Notes: generated from the sequence alone by a model not told the origin. A stretch of DNA of 64,000 bases from Azolla caroliniana (GCA_043228905.1 JBHGNT010000012.1:11656001-11720000); one strand, 5' to 3'. Positions 1-12,500 are shown, numbered from the stretch's first letter. Made by a program: numbers and translations.

Positions 1-876
1 CAAGGAATCACACCAAATACACCTACGAGGAAAGTCCAAGCGATGACCCGGAAAACTTTGAGTTTCCTCCTTTCTAATTTGAGAAATTCTCATCTCGCGA
101 AGCATGTCTACAAGTTCATCCATTCTGGCTCCATCTATGGGTTGAGCCACTTCATCATCCCTCAGTCTTTGGGCTTGTGGTTCTTGTCTCGCATTGTGAG
201 CTTGTCGGCCAATTTGAGTTGCAACATTTGATCTTGTCTCGTTGTCCCATTGTCGACGCTTATCAAAACGTCCACATGCTCTCTTCACTACTGCCAAGTC
301 AGAAATGAGGCCTTCATCATTCTCTAATAGTAGCCCAAGATCTCTTCGATCTTTCTCATCTACTGATTTAATAAATAGGAGTACCTTGCTAGAATCAAGA
401 ATTGTTTTGTCAAGTGCAGGCAGACGATCAAATCTTTGCTTGAACTCGTGGAGCGTCGCACTCGCACTCAACTCTTTGTTAGAAGACTCCACCCAGTCCA
501 TTAAATATTTCTTCGTCATTCGAGATGAGTCACCAAACCCATATTCTTCAAGTAAACTTTGTTCGAAAGATGACCATTCAGGATTGACCTCTTGTAGCTC
601 TAGGACCCGAGAGTAAAGACTTGAAGTTACAATCCTTGAGAAGCTTGCCACTTGTCTTGCCATAAAAATACCCTTTTTCCGCATTTCTGTTTTGCAGGTT
701 TCAAGGTATCATGTCACATCTCTACCATCAAAGCATCTGTTGGCATCCACGATCCTATCGATGGCAACGTCAAGGCCTGCGACGTTGTCTCTCTCTTGAA
801 GCATTTGGTCCATCATCCTCGCCATTGCTTGTGCTAGACTATCATTAGAGTCTCTAGCACTTGAAGTTCCGGCCAT
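1..876 (-). pseudogene. gag: Gypsy gag, interrupted by stops
   Basis: Manual translation from the ATG just after the PBS gives a gag-like helical protein with an in-frame TGA near 710. No long ORF here in the track. Confidence 0.6.
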
Positions 877-891
877 CCTCCCTTGTCGTTC

Positions 892-909
892 TTCACGTTG
901 GGTTCACCA
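892..909 (-). other. Primer-binding site complementary to tRNA-Trp 3' end
   Basis: TGGTGAACCCAACGTGAA versus the reverse complement of the plant cytosolic tRNA-Trp 3' end as recalled (TGGTGAACCCGACGTGAA), 17/18. Lies 5 nt from the LTR end. Confidence 0.8.
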
Positions 910-2105
910 ATTAATGTCGCGGAAATCCGCGCCTGCGGGTCGGTCGAACGGGACCACCGGGATCTTTGACCAAGGAGGATGAACAGGCACTAGACAGCAC
1001 CGGACACAGACGAAAACGGAGAAGAAGATAAAAACACATAGAGACGGCGATCGAGACAACCAGACGCAAAAAAGGAACGGCCGGAATACTCGGACACAGA
1101 GATGGGAACATCGGCGGCCAAACAACGCTACAATTAAGATGGCCTTCACAACAGCCAGAGCGGCGGCGGCCAAGCAGAAGCAATCGGATAAATGACGACC
1201 AGACGAACAGAAATGTCCCGGAATGGCGGGAAACCAGCCGGAATACCCGGACATTGGCCCGAGTGGTCATGGCAGCCAGATAGTGGCTGGAGGGTCGGAC
1301 AAGGCCTGGGAAACAGTCAAGAAGACTAACGACCAGATAGCGACCAAGAAGACCGACGATGGAACGACGCCGACGGTGCTAGAGATGGCAACCACAGATG
1401 ACAACAGATGGATGCCTGGAAAGTCGAATGGCCGGCCGAATGGATGGCCGAATGGATGGCCAAACGGTAGGAGCGATGAACAACAGCGGCCAACACAGAA
1501 CGACAGAAATGAAAATGGGCAAAGAAAGACGGTTGAATAGAGGCTGGATAACGACCATACTGACAACCTCCGATTGAGAAAGAGAAAAACGACCACCATC
1601 CAGACATGGTTGTTGATTATGGCGGCCGCATGGATGACGGCTAAACAAATATGCAGAAGTAGACGGACAGAGAACCAACTCAGAGCGATAGAGAAGGTGA
1701 AGGAATAGTTGAGATGAGGAAAATGGAACAGAAGAAGTAGAAAGAGGAGGAAGAGGAAGTTAAAAGCTGAGGCAAACGGCTAAGAAGGAACGGCAAGAAT
1801 GAGAGAGCATAAGAAGAAACAGAACCAGGAGAGAAAGAGAAGAAAAGCAGACAGAAAACAGAAAAAAGAGGGCAAAATGAAGATAAGGGCATCTGAAGAA
1901 TTTCGAAAAATGTGATGGCAATGTCAAAATTTTAATAATCTAAGGGCATAACACGCAAATTTCATAAATATAAGGGTACAAAATTTTTAAAAACAAAAAA
2001 ATTGAAGGGCACCTACGAAATTTCGAAAATTCATCCACCTAAAGAAATGGACGTGATCAACCACACACAACTCAAAACAAAGGAAGAACATACATAAACA
2101 CGACA

Positions 2106-2590
2106 TGATTTTGGACCCATGACGAAGTTCGTAAGCCGACAAAACAAGAATGTTCGTGTCGCGGAAGATTTGCTGACAGACAAAGATGTTTGAGTCAAGC
2201 ACTCCAATCGAGGGAGTTGATCGTTGAAAGGACCGATGGAAGTTCCGGTCGAAGAAATATCATCATCAAGGCATGTGGGATCGACGTGCAAGGCACTCTC
2301 CCATGGGCGTGCCATATTGTGTTACCCCGTACGAGATGTACGGAGAGTCAAGTGTGATGAGCGAGGGTCGAATGTTATCATGATGTTGTTGTGTATGTGT
2401 AGGGGGCATAAATGTAATTGTGAGTCTATACGTATGTGAACACATGCACACGTGTGTGCATGTGGATGGATATGAGGAGGTGTGAGTGAGTGTCCAGTAT
2501 GAATGCTCGAGGGGGCTTACAGCCCTATGTATCTACCCCCTCTTGTACTATTTAACCCCTTATGGGGAATGAATGAAACATGAATAATCA

Positions 2591-2643
<53 letters not shown>

Positions 2644-2858
2644 ATCTCTCTTCCTCTCTCTCCCCTTAACGTTGAACCCCCTTGGGAGGGGGGTGGAGCC
2701 ATTCTAGGCACCATCCCCCACCCCACAATGCTTCTCAATGCTTGTCTTGTTCTTCATGTTCTCTCTCACCATCATACCATTCATCATCTCCACTATTACA
2801 CCATGTCTATCTTCATTATCATCATCATTATCATTATCATTAACCCTAACCCTAAGCA
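2106..2858 (+). mobile_element. 3' end of an OTA-like Gypsy element: internal tail, tRNA-like motif (2275-2314), 3' LTR ~2320-2858
   Basis: TCCCATGGGCGTGCCA followed by TGTTACCC at 2320. The LTR body resembles the minus-strand LTRs at 43804-44162 and 57736-58100. The pol frame of the host element resumes at 2859 (RPVHIPKEMTPENK). LTR right end is approximate. Confidence 0.65.
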
Positions 2859-5847
2859 AGACCGGTTCACATCCCCAAGGAAATGACCCCGGAGAACAAA
2901 ACGGCAATGATCACACTCCTAAAAGAATTTCGCGATGTGTTCGCCTGGTCCTATGAGGACATGCGGGGACTTGATCCTCGGTTGTATCAACACCAGATAC
3001 ATCTGAGTAAAGACACCAAACCAGTAGCGCAACGACGTTACCGGATGAACCCGAATTACGCAGCAAAAGTCAAAGAAGAAATCGACAAGTTGCTAAGGGT
3101 TGGCTTCATCCGACCGGTAAAGAAAGCCACATGGCTCAGTCCAATAGTCGTAGTACCGAAAAAGAAAGGTAAGATAAGAGTTTGCGTTGACTACCGGAAA
3201 TTGAATGCGGCTACGGTAACGGACGCCTTCCCACTTCCATTCACGAATGGAGTCTTGGATGCGGTCGCCGGTCATGAGATGTAGAGTTTTCTGGACGGTT
3301 TCAGCGGCTATAATCAGATCCAGATGCACCCCGACGACTAGGAGAAAACCGCTTTTGTCACTGAATGGGGAGTCTTTGTTGTCGTAGTTATGATGTTCGG
3401 ACTGAAAACGGCGTTGGCAACCTTCTAGCGGATCATCATGGAGATTTTCGGAGAATTCATTCCAGCATTCATGCAAGTGTTCCTGGACGACTTCGCTGTT
3501 TATAGCCGGGAAGGGGATCACCTTCAACACCTCTGACTATGTCTAGAGAAATGTAGGGTTTACCGGCTAAGCCTTAACCCGGCAAAATGCGTGTTCGGAG
3601 TGTCCAGCGGAGCGTTACTTGGCCACATCGTGAGCAAGGACGGTATTGCAGTGGATCCGGACAAGGTCAAAGCTATTTTGGAGGCACCGGCACCAACCAC
3701 GGCAAAGGCATTAACCCGGTTCTTAGGACAAATTCAGTGGAATAGCCGAATGCTCCGGTATCTGGCAGACCTAGCTACACCATTGCATGCCGCGGTAGAT
3801 CGGACACCGTTCCAATGGACGGACACAAAAGACAAGGCTTACCGGGCACTAAAAGTACTATTGTCACAAGCGCCGGTGGTGCAACATCCAGATTGGTCTA
3901 AAGAGTTCCATGTGTTCGTTGACACGTCTGACATCGCAATCGGGAGCGCGCTTATGCAACTTACAAAACCGAAGTGGTACCGGCCAGTGTATTATGCCAG
4001 CCGGAAGCTGTCCCAAGCAGAACGTAATTATTCCACAATGTAAAGAGAGGCCTTGGGCATGATCTATAGTGTCACCAAGTTTAGACACTATCTGTTGGGA
4101 AGGAAATTTTCCTTTCACGTAGATCATTCCGGCGCTCCTCTATTTGGTGTCCAAAGCATCACTCACCAGTAAGTTGGCCCGGTGGACATTACTATTACAA
4201 GAATTTGAGTTCGATATATTCCACCGACCCGGCATACAACATGCGGTAGCAGACTATTTGAGCCGGTTAGATTCCGACGAAACCAGTGACGGCGTCAGAG
4301 ACGAGTTCCCGGATGCAGAGCTGTTTAGAGTCACAGCAGAAATGGCAACTGATGGTACGGTCGCAAAGGAAGACAAGTGGCTCACCAACATGCACCAATT
4401 TCTGAGCACCGGGTTACCTCCAGAGGAGATGATCAGAGACGAGAGGAAACGCTTAGCGGTTCAAAGCCGGCACTTCTGTCTATTACAGGACACATTGTAC
4501 CACAAAGGCACAGATGGCATATGGCGGCATGCAGTGCGCAGCAACGAAAAGGACATAATATTGCGCGAAGCACACTGTGAAGTGGCTGGAGGACATTATG
4601 CTGGAGACGCTACGGCAAGGAAAATATGGCAGAGTGGACTATGGTGGCCAACAACATTGAATGATGCAGTCCGGTACGCTAAAGAATGAGACCTATGTCA
4701 GCGAATGGGCCAACCAACCGAACAATCCAGGATGCCTCACCAGTCCGTGCTACCGTTAGAACCATTTCAGAAATGGGGGCTGGATTTTGTCGGTCCATTC
4801 AAACCACCAGCAATGAGAACCGGCAACCGGTATATGATTGTCGCTACGGATTATTGCACAAAATGGGTGGAAGCCAAAGCACTACGCGACAACACCGCGG
4901 CAACCACAGCAAAAATTTTATATGAATACATCTGGTGCCAGTATGGATGTCCGATAAAGCTAATAAGTGACCAAGGTTGGGCACTTCTTAGGGCAAGTGG
5001 TGGAAATTTTGACAACATTCTATGTGGTGGTGCATAAACGGAGCACTCCCTATTATCCGCAAGCCAACGGATTAGCCTAGTCAACAAATAAAACACTACA
5101 GAACATCCTTCGAAAAATCGTCAATGAGAACTGGACGGATTGGGATACAAAGCTACACAATGCACTCTAGGCCTATCGAACGGCATATAAGACAAGTATC
5201 CGCACAACACCGTTTCGCCTAGCATTCAGATTGGAAGAAGTGATGCCAGTTGAGTTCCAAGTACCGAGTTTACGAATACAGATTCGGGAATGCCTAAATG
5301 AGAAGGAATTGGAAGCGATCCGGTTAGCCGCGCTATGCGAATTGGAAGAACACCGGCTAGCCAGCATCATGCACCTAGAACTAGAGCAACGGCGAAGGAA
5401 AGCGTTCGTGGATCGTCACCGAAAAGGAACGAAAAGATGTTCGAAATTGGTAAGCCAGTACTAGAATTCCAAACCCGGATGAGTAAGATGTCGGGGAAGC
5501 TACAGTTTCGGTGGACCGGTCCATACTGGATCACGCGTGAGTTCAACGGTTCCTACCAGTTAGGGACACTCGCCGACGAGGTTCTGGGTAAATGGGTCAA
5601 TGGGTTCCGACTCAAACCATACAATGGACCCATGCCAAGAAACCCATTTGAACAAGTAAAGGCCGACACAGAACCAGACACTGGTAAGTCGGAAGAGACG
5701 ACAACACGTTTAGCAATCGGCAAGCGCGAAGCCAATAAGAGGGAGCACGAGCCGGCAAACAGCAAGAATGACGCGACGGCAAGCAGTCCAGCGGCCGGCA
5801 AGTCCCACAATTCGGATAGGGGTCTGGTGGGACTGGATGCGAATTAA
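2859..5847 (+). pseudogene. pol: Gypsy pol (reverse transcriptase, RNase H, integrase) with stops and frameshifts
   Basis: VFAWSYEDM, RVCVDYRKLN, FLDDF, VFVDTSD..YYASRKL..ERNYS, H..GHY..C..C zinc finger, WGLDFVGP, LISDQG, WTGPY (GPY/F). Split across ORFs at 2883, 3591, 4144, 4705, 5231 and 5335. Confidence 0.95.
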
Positions 5848-6244
5848 CCAAACAGTTTTATAAATAAATAAAATAAAATAAAATAAAAAATCAAATCAAA
5901 TCAAAGTAAATCATGCAAGGGCAAGGTGTGAACGGACACATGCAAGAACGAGGAGTGAACAGGCACCTTGAAAAGGTACGTAGTGGGCTATTAATAGGGT
6001 ATTAAACCGCCGCCACATGGCACGTCATTCTATTCTAGTACACGACGTGCACACGCGCGGGTAAGAAAAAACAAAAGGCGCCAACATGTAGCAAGAAAAC
6101 CCCCATCGCATGGAGGTCTTCACATTTCGCGAACAGAGGAGCACAAACGCACACAAGCGATTGAAGATCATCAAACGCGAGCCCACGCACATAGAGCCTC
6201 CTCACACACATCCCTCACCAGCACTTACCGACCTCGAAGAAGCC

Positions 6245-8820
6245 ATGGACTGCCAAGCACACTCTGAAGCAGCCAAGAAGTGGCTAAGGCAACACGGGTT
6301 AGTTGGTTTCCTCACGATCATGGAGGCGCCACCGCACCGGGAGGCGGAGAAGATAGTAAAGGAAATCGACACAGAGCTGATCACGGAGGAGGCCATTCAT
6401 GCTTTGATTGGCCTTCCGGAGGGGGGCATCTTCACTATCGACAACCCTACCCCGGAGCAGCTCCGAAAATATTTTGGCGAATACTCTCTGGCTAGCAAGG
6501 CCTACAGGACACAGGGCAGCGAAGATACATTATTTCGAGAGATTGCCCATGTGCTCCATGAATTTGGACATGTATACCCTCGACCCCCGTGCATGCCTCA
6601 AAACCGAGCCGGCTTAATCATAGCAACGTATGAAGGCGTGAAGGTGGACTGGCCGATACTGATTGTGGACGACCTTTGTGCGGCCATCGACTCTGTAAGA
6701 GGCAAGGAGGGTCGGAAAATATGGACTACATTGGCGCAATGGCTCACCCTATTGGCACCACGTATCAAGCCCAACAAGACCACGAAATGGGGGAGAATGA
6801 CCGAAGGCACCCCGAAAACGGCTTCGAAACGGCAGTAGTTATTGGCCTCTAAGGCACCCAAAGGGAAGGCGGCTGACACGGACAAGGCGGCAAAAGAGCA
6901 CGCCAATAGGAAGCGGCAGGCGGAAACGCAGGAGGAGACACCGACACGGCCAATCAAGATCATATTTCACCGACCGGTTCAACAAGAGTCAGACCCCTTG
7001 GCAACAAAAGTCAACATCGGGACTCAGGAGGAGGAAGCAGAGGAGGAACCGTTAGAGCATCTCCAACGGCGCCAGAAGGCAAGCACCGCAAAACAGGTCG
7101 GGGAGCGTTCGAACCCAAAGAAGGATGGAACGCCTCTAACCCGCACTGAGCATCCCGCACCAAGGGTGGAACCGGAACCGGTTCAGACAAAACTGGTCAC
7201 AGAGCTCCCTGCACAACAAGCTATACGGCGGGTCAGGATATGGCAAGACCCGAAATTCAAGCGTCGGTAGTACAATTGCCTCCCTCACCGGCATGTCAAG
7301 AGCAATCAGAGGTGGAGCGGCCAACGGAGGCGCAACCAGAACCAGAATGGCAAAGTGGTCACCAACTAGAGACAGAGTTGCAGCTCAACGCAACGAGACA
7401 AGACCGACCACTGGCTAGCAGAACCAACAGCCAACCCTCCGTGCATACGCAACAATAGGGCACCGGCAACCAATGGCTCCGGTGGATTGGACAACAGATT
7501 GCCGGAGTGGTGCACTACATAGAGGCGGAAGAGGAAGCGCAGATGAACCGGTTGCTAGTCACAACCGGAGAACTAGAGACGGCCCGGTCGAGGATCCGGA
7601 GCCTAGAACAAGACTTGGACCTGGCCACAGAAGAATTGGCCAAAATGGCCTTAACCGAACCACAGATCCAAGCACCGGTGACTCCGGTAGATGTACATAA
7701 TAAAGACACACCAGCACTTGTACATAGTAATAGGACCCCGAAGACGGAACCAGTCCCGGAGACAGTGGCGGCGCAAGCGAAAGAGCTTGCCGAATTGAAA
7801 GATGAACTGGCTGCACAAGAAGCATTACGCACCCGAGAAAGGGACTTGAAGAAAGCGGCAGAAGAAGAACAAAGAAAGATTGTTGAGAACCTCCGCCGGG
7901 CAGAAGAGAATCTGCGGAAAGGACATCATGCATATGACCGGCTTAAGGAGGAGAAAGAGAAAGTTCTGCAAGAAAAGGATAAGCTGTGACGGATGGCAGA
8001 AACGGAGATTGAAAGACTTAAAGAAGAACTCCGTCAACAGAAAGATCGGGAAGACCGCGCTCGCCGGCAACTCAACCAGAAGCTGAAGCAGAAGACCGAT
8101 GATTTTGAGCACCTCCACCGGGACTATAAGCACTTGGATACGGAGCATAAGAAGCAGCAGGAGAAGATGGCAGAGCTCTAGTAGGAAGTTCATTGAGTCG
8201 AGACAACGCTAGCTGAAGAACGGGATGAAAGAACAACGCTACTGGAGGAAGCCGCTCAGGAACGTATGGAGCTCCAGAAGCAGCATTATGAAGAAAAGGA
8301 AAGAGCGACAATGTTATTGCAAAGGTTACAGAACACCTACCAAAACCAATTGTCACATTACCGGGAGCAGGAGGCGGACACGGTGAAGCTGATCAAGCAA
8401 TTGAAGGAAGAACGGCAAGCCGCGGAGGACGAATCGAAGATGGGACTTGAGCGGATCCAGTTCATTGTCCAGGCATGGAGGAACAAGACAAAACGCTTGA
8501 TTGACGAAAGCTCCATGCAATGGTGGGACAAATGGGCAAAGCACATAGCCGGCCTCCAGTTGCTAAGGGCGGACGCAGAAAATCGGCAGAAGGATGGTGA
8601 CGACTGTTACATGCTAACAAAGGAGGACTTCACCGCCGTAAGAGATGAGTTAGCAGAAGACTTTGTAACTCTAGCGGAGGAACAGTCTGGCAACTGGTAG
8701 CACAGTTGGACAATGATCGACTGGATGCTCAAATCTAGTTTGAAAGCTATGAGCGGACTAGGCTACAACAAGAAGAAGCAAGGCAGGCGGCGACCGTCAA
8801 CCTCAGCGATGAGGAGCCAT
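6245..8820 (+). pseudogene. Extra 3' ORF of the Gypsy element (conserved N-terminal domain, low-complexity linker, long coiled coil)
   Basis: ORFs 6110, 6842, 7507, 7993 and 8266 are consecutive pieces broken by single stops or a frameshift. Homologous to 52870-55390 (YFGEYS..KA..TQG.ED..F; LQLLRAD..NR). Confidence 0.75.
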
Positions 8821-9551
8821 CGTCGGGGCAAGGACTGGACGGGGACAAGGCCAGGGCAAGTCAACCGGAGTCAAATCCAACAGAGCAGCTGAAGGAGGAA
8901 TCACCGCCACAACCGTCGGTACCCGGAGCCGAACAGACGCCATCCAAGGAGCAACAGTCAGAGGATCCGAAGCCGGAGCAGCAGCAGCCACAGCCACAAC
9001 AACAACAACAGATTCCCGAAGAACCATTGGACACCCTGGAGCAAAGTATTCTGGATATCTTGGACGAAGGCTAAGGGCTGGATAGTGGGATTCGACGTAC
9101 AAGGTACTGTCCCACGGGCGTGCCATGTGTTACCTAGTCAGCAAAGGAGTTAAAGACCAGAATGTGAAAGGGATTGTATATTCAGAATCTATTATAATTA
9201 AGTAGTTTATGAGAAGTGAACGGACGGACCGGAATTGGTATGCCGATCCGGATCCGGACCGGTTCCGAACAGGTGCCCGGTTGGCACCGTTTTGTACTCA
9301 ACACCAGTTACAATGTAAAACTTTGACGGATAATTAATAGAGCTTCTTGTTTTATCTTTAAGTGTTGATTACCGTTCTGTGCTAATTGTTCTATCATACG
9401 TGTGTATCAAGTCTAATGCCATATTGCTAAGTAACCAATTAAAGCCTGATTAATCGTTGAGTCTTAAGTTATCTCGGCATAGCACCCCTTTGGTGAAGTG
9501 TCTTTCGTAGACACCCTGTGTTAGGCCATCGTTCGGCCCTAAGGAATAACA

Positions 9552-12500
9552 CAACCAAGGTGGTTGCTTCATCGAGAAGGAAGGCCGACTCATTGTTCAA
9601 GTTCGAAAGGAAGGTAGAATGTTTATCCTCAAGTCAAATGAGGTGAAATCAGCCATGTATGCAAAGGGCCTCAAATCCGACACTGACATAGAGTTATGGC
9701 ATAAAAGAATCGGCCATATCAATCTCAACAAACTCAAGGCGATGCAATCGAAAGGAGTCATCATCGGGCTCCCTACCTTCACAGAGAAAGAGATTGAAGG
9801 AGTATGTGAAGCATGCCAATTCGGCAAGCAACATCGACACTTGTTCCCGAAGGAGAGGAACGTGAGCAAAGGCCTATTGGACGTGGTCCACTCGGATGTG
9901 TGGGGACCAATAACGTTTGGAGGATGTCGATACTATGGTACTACCTTCATCGACGACTTCTCTAGATACACATGGATCTTTCCCATGAGGATGAAGAGCG
10001 AAGTGTTTACACACTTCCAAATATTCAAAAGTGAAGTCGAAAAGACAACTGGGTGTCATGTACGATGTCTTCGGTTAGATGGAGGAAAGGAATACTTCTC
10101 CGATGTGTTCACGGCATACCTTCGACAAGAAGGAATTCGGCGAGAATTCACTTGCCGACACACACCGCAACAGAATGGTGTAGCCGAACACAAGAATCGG
10201 CACATCCTCGAAGTAGCAAGGGCCATGCTAAATGAGAAACATATGCCCAAGTCATATTGGGCAAAAGCTGCAAATACTATTGTCTACCTCATGAACCGTT
10301 GCACAACATCCAAAGTGCACGAGGTCACCCCGCACGAGAAATACTATGGGAAGAAGCTGGATCTATCCCATGTAAGGATATTCGGCTCCATTGCATACGT
10401 GCACATTCCCGATGAGAAGCGGCAGAAGCTTGACCCAAAATCAGAGAAGTGCATCCTCGTGGGGTACTCACTAGAGAAAAAGGGGTACAAGTGCTTCAAC
10501 CCCTCTACTCAGAAGACTCGTGTAAGTCGGGATGTCGTCTTTGACGAATCGACATCATGGTACAAACTTGAGACGACTCCTCCCGAGCCATCTACGAACG
10601 GCCTCGACAACACAGAAGACGATGATCAACTAAGGTCAATACTCGAAGAGAGTCCGATCTCAACCAGATTGAGCGGACCACAAGAACCTCCGAGCAACCA
10701 AAGCACATCTCGGCCAAGTCCAAAGATGGACAAAGGGAAGGCCAAAATGCCGGAATATGAAGACGATCACTTCGATGGCAACGAATCGACTCATCCACTC
10801 GATAGTGAGTTCGATGGCTTTGATGTGTCTCTTTTGAGGTCATGCGGAGTTGAGAAAGCACTCACATAAGCAAATGAGAAACTCTGTCACTCCACCCGAG
10901 AGAAGAATCCGGTTAGCCGATTCGGCTACAATGACTATATGGCATACCACTATGCCTTTATGATGAAGGTGGCAGCAGTTCGAGAACCGGAGAGCGTTGC
11001 AAAAACCGCTAAAGACCCGTGATGGGTCAAAGCGATGAACGAGGAGATGCAAGCTCTCAGCAAGAATGAGACATGGGATCTTGTCCCACACTCACACCAG
11101 AAGAAGGCAATCGGTTGCAGATGGATATACAAAGTAAAGTATAATGTCGACAGTTCCGTCAATGGCTACAAAGCTCGACTCGTAGCAAAGGGCTACGCAC
11201 AAACACAGGGCGTCGACTATGAAGAGACCTTTGCCCCGGTGGCAAAGATGACAACCGTGCGAATCGTGATAGAGCTTGCAGCAGCAAAAGGGTGGCACCT
11301 CCACCAAATGGATGTCAAGAACGCTTTTCTTCAAGGCGAATTAAAAGAGGAGGTGTACATGGTACAACCACCCGACTTCGAATCCAACATTCATCCGAAA
11401 GCCATCTACCGACTCAAGAACCCTCTCTACGGACTTAAGCAAGCACCACGTGCTTGGCACTCGAAGATAACACAATACCTTCATCGAATCGGCTTCCGAA
11501 TGTCAAAATCCGACAATTCTCTCTATGTAAGAAGCGATTCCGAAAGTTTGATCGTCATCATCCTGTACGTGGACGATCTGGTCATTGGAGGTGAGCATCT
11601 AATCGACATCAACAAGGTCAAATCCCTCCTTTCCAACAAATTTGAGATGGCGGACATGAAAGAGCTCGACTACTTCCTTGGCATCGAGGTAATTCGGACT
11701 CCAGCCGGGATTATGATCTCCCAACGGCACTACATTCTCAACTTGTTATACAAGTTCAGGATGACTGAGTGCAAGTCTGTGGCAACACCTCTTGATCGAA
11801 ACCTCAAACTAGATGCCAATTCTAGCACCACAGAGTGTGAGCCGACTCAGTATCGACAACTAATCGGTAGTCTTATCTACCTCATGATCACTCGACCAGA
11901 CCTGAGCTATCACGTCAGCCTTCTTAGCCAGTTCATGCAAACACCACGAGATATCCATTTGGATTGTGCTAAGAGAGTGCTACAATACGTGAGCGGAACG
12001 ATGGACTATGGCATTCTTTATAAGTCGGCCACACCAATTCAACTCGAGGCGTACACAGATGTCGACTAGGCAGGCTACAAAGCCGACCGACGATCAACCT
12101 CTAGTTTCATCTTATCCCTCAAAAGTGGAGCCATCTCCTGGAGTAGCAAGAAGCAACCAACCGTCGCTCTTTCGAGCACATAGGCCAAATACAGGGGCGC
12201 AATGGTGGCTGCATGTGAAGTCGTATGGCTTAAGAGGATCTTGAAGGATCTGGGCATTCTCATCAAAGATCTAATTCCCCTTTACTGCGACAACATGAGC
12301 AGTATTTATCTGGCTCGGAACCTGGTGTTCCACACACGCACGACGCATATCGAAGTGCACTATCACTTCATTCGAGAGTGTGTTCAGGCTGGCGATGTCG
12401 ACCTTCAACATATCACTATGAATCTTCAAACAACCGACATCTTCACCAAAGCCCTAGGAGCCGACAAGCTTCAGCAATTCCTGTCAGACCTTGGATTGAC

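Larger units (their letters stand above)
1..2105 (-). mobile_element. Ty3/Gypsy LTR retrotransposon, 5' part (5' LTR 2105-915, tRNA-Trp PBS, degenerate gag), running off the window start
   Basis: On the minus strand the LTR starts TGTCGTG (2105) and ends CGCGACA (915). A 5-nt spacer follows, then TGGTGAACCCAACGTGAA. A gag-like frame starts at ATG 876 (MAGTSSARDS...FDGRDVT*YLE...WSSFEQSLLEEYG) and contains stops. The U5 motif is shared with the LTRs at 39665-40329 and 60337-60970. Confidence 0.75.
2859..9551 (+). mobile_element. Ty3/Gypsy non-chromovirus (OTA: Athila/Tat-like) element, 3' two-thirds: RT-RH-INT, extra ORF, 3' LTR 9128-9551
   Basis: Pol motifs in RT-RH-INT order. LTR runs TGTTA...TAACA. 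The Copia reading frame (FNQGGCFIEK) begins immediately after 9551. Confidence 0.9.

Noticed and set aside
2841-2855. TAACCCTAACCCTAA telomere-like sequence
   Set aside because: Only ~2.5 units at an LTR end; too short to call an interstitial telomere.
7507-8700. SMC/myosin-like host gene
   Set aside because: Intronless, lies inside the retroelement and is present in a second element copy; generic coiled coil.
9085-9125. Possible tRNA gene
   Set aside because: No D-arm, anticodon arm or 5' acceptor strand; only a 3'-end mimic, reported as a finding.
8803-9126. Three minus-strand ORFs all starting MARPW (also 2031-2315, 55162-55443)
   Set aside because: The shared start is just the translation of the inverted PBS (TGGCACGCCC.TGGG); the rest of the ORFs show no convincing similarity.
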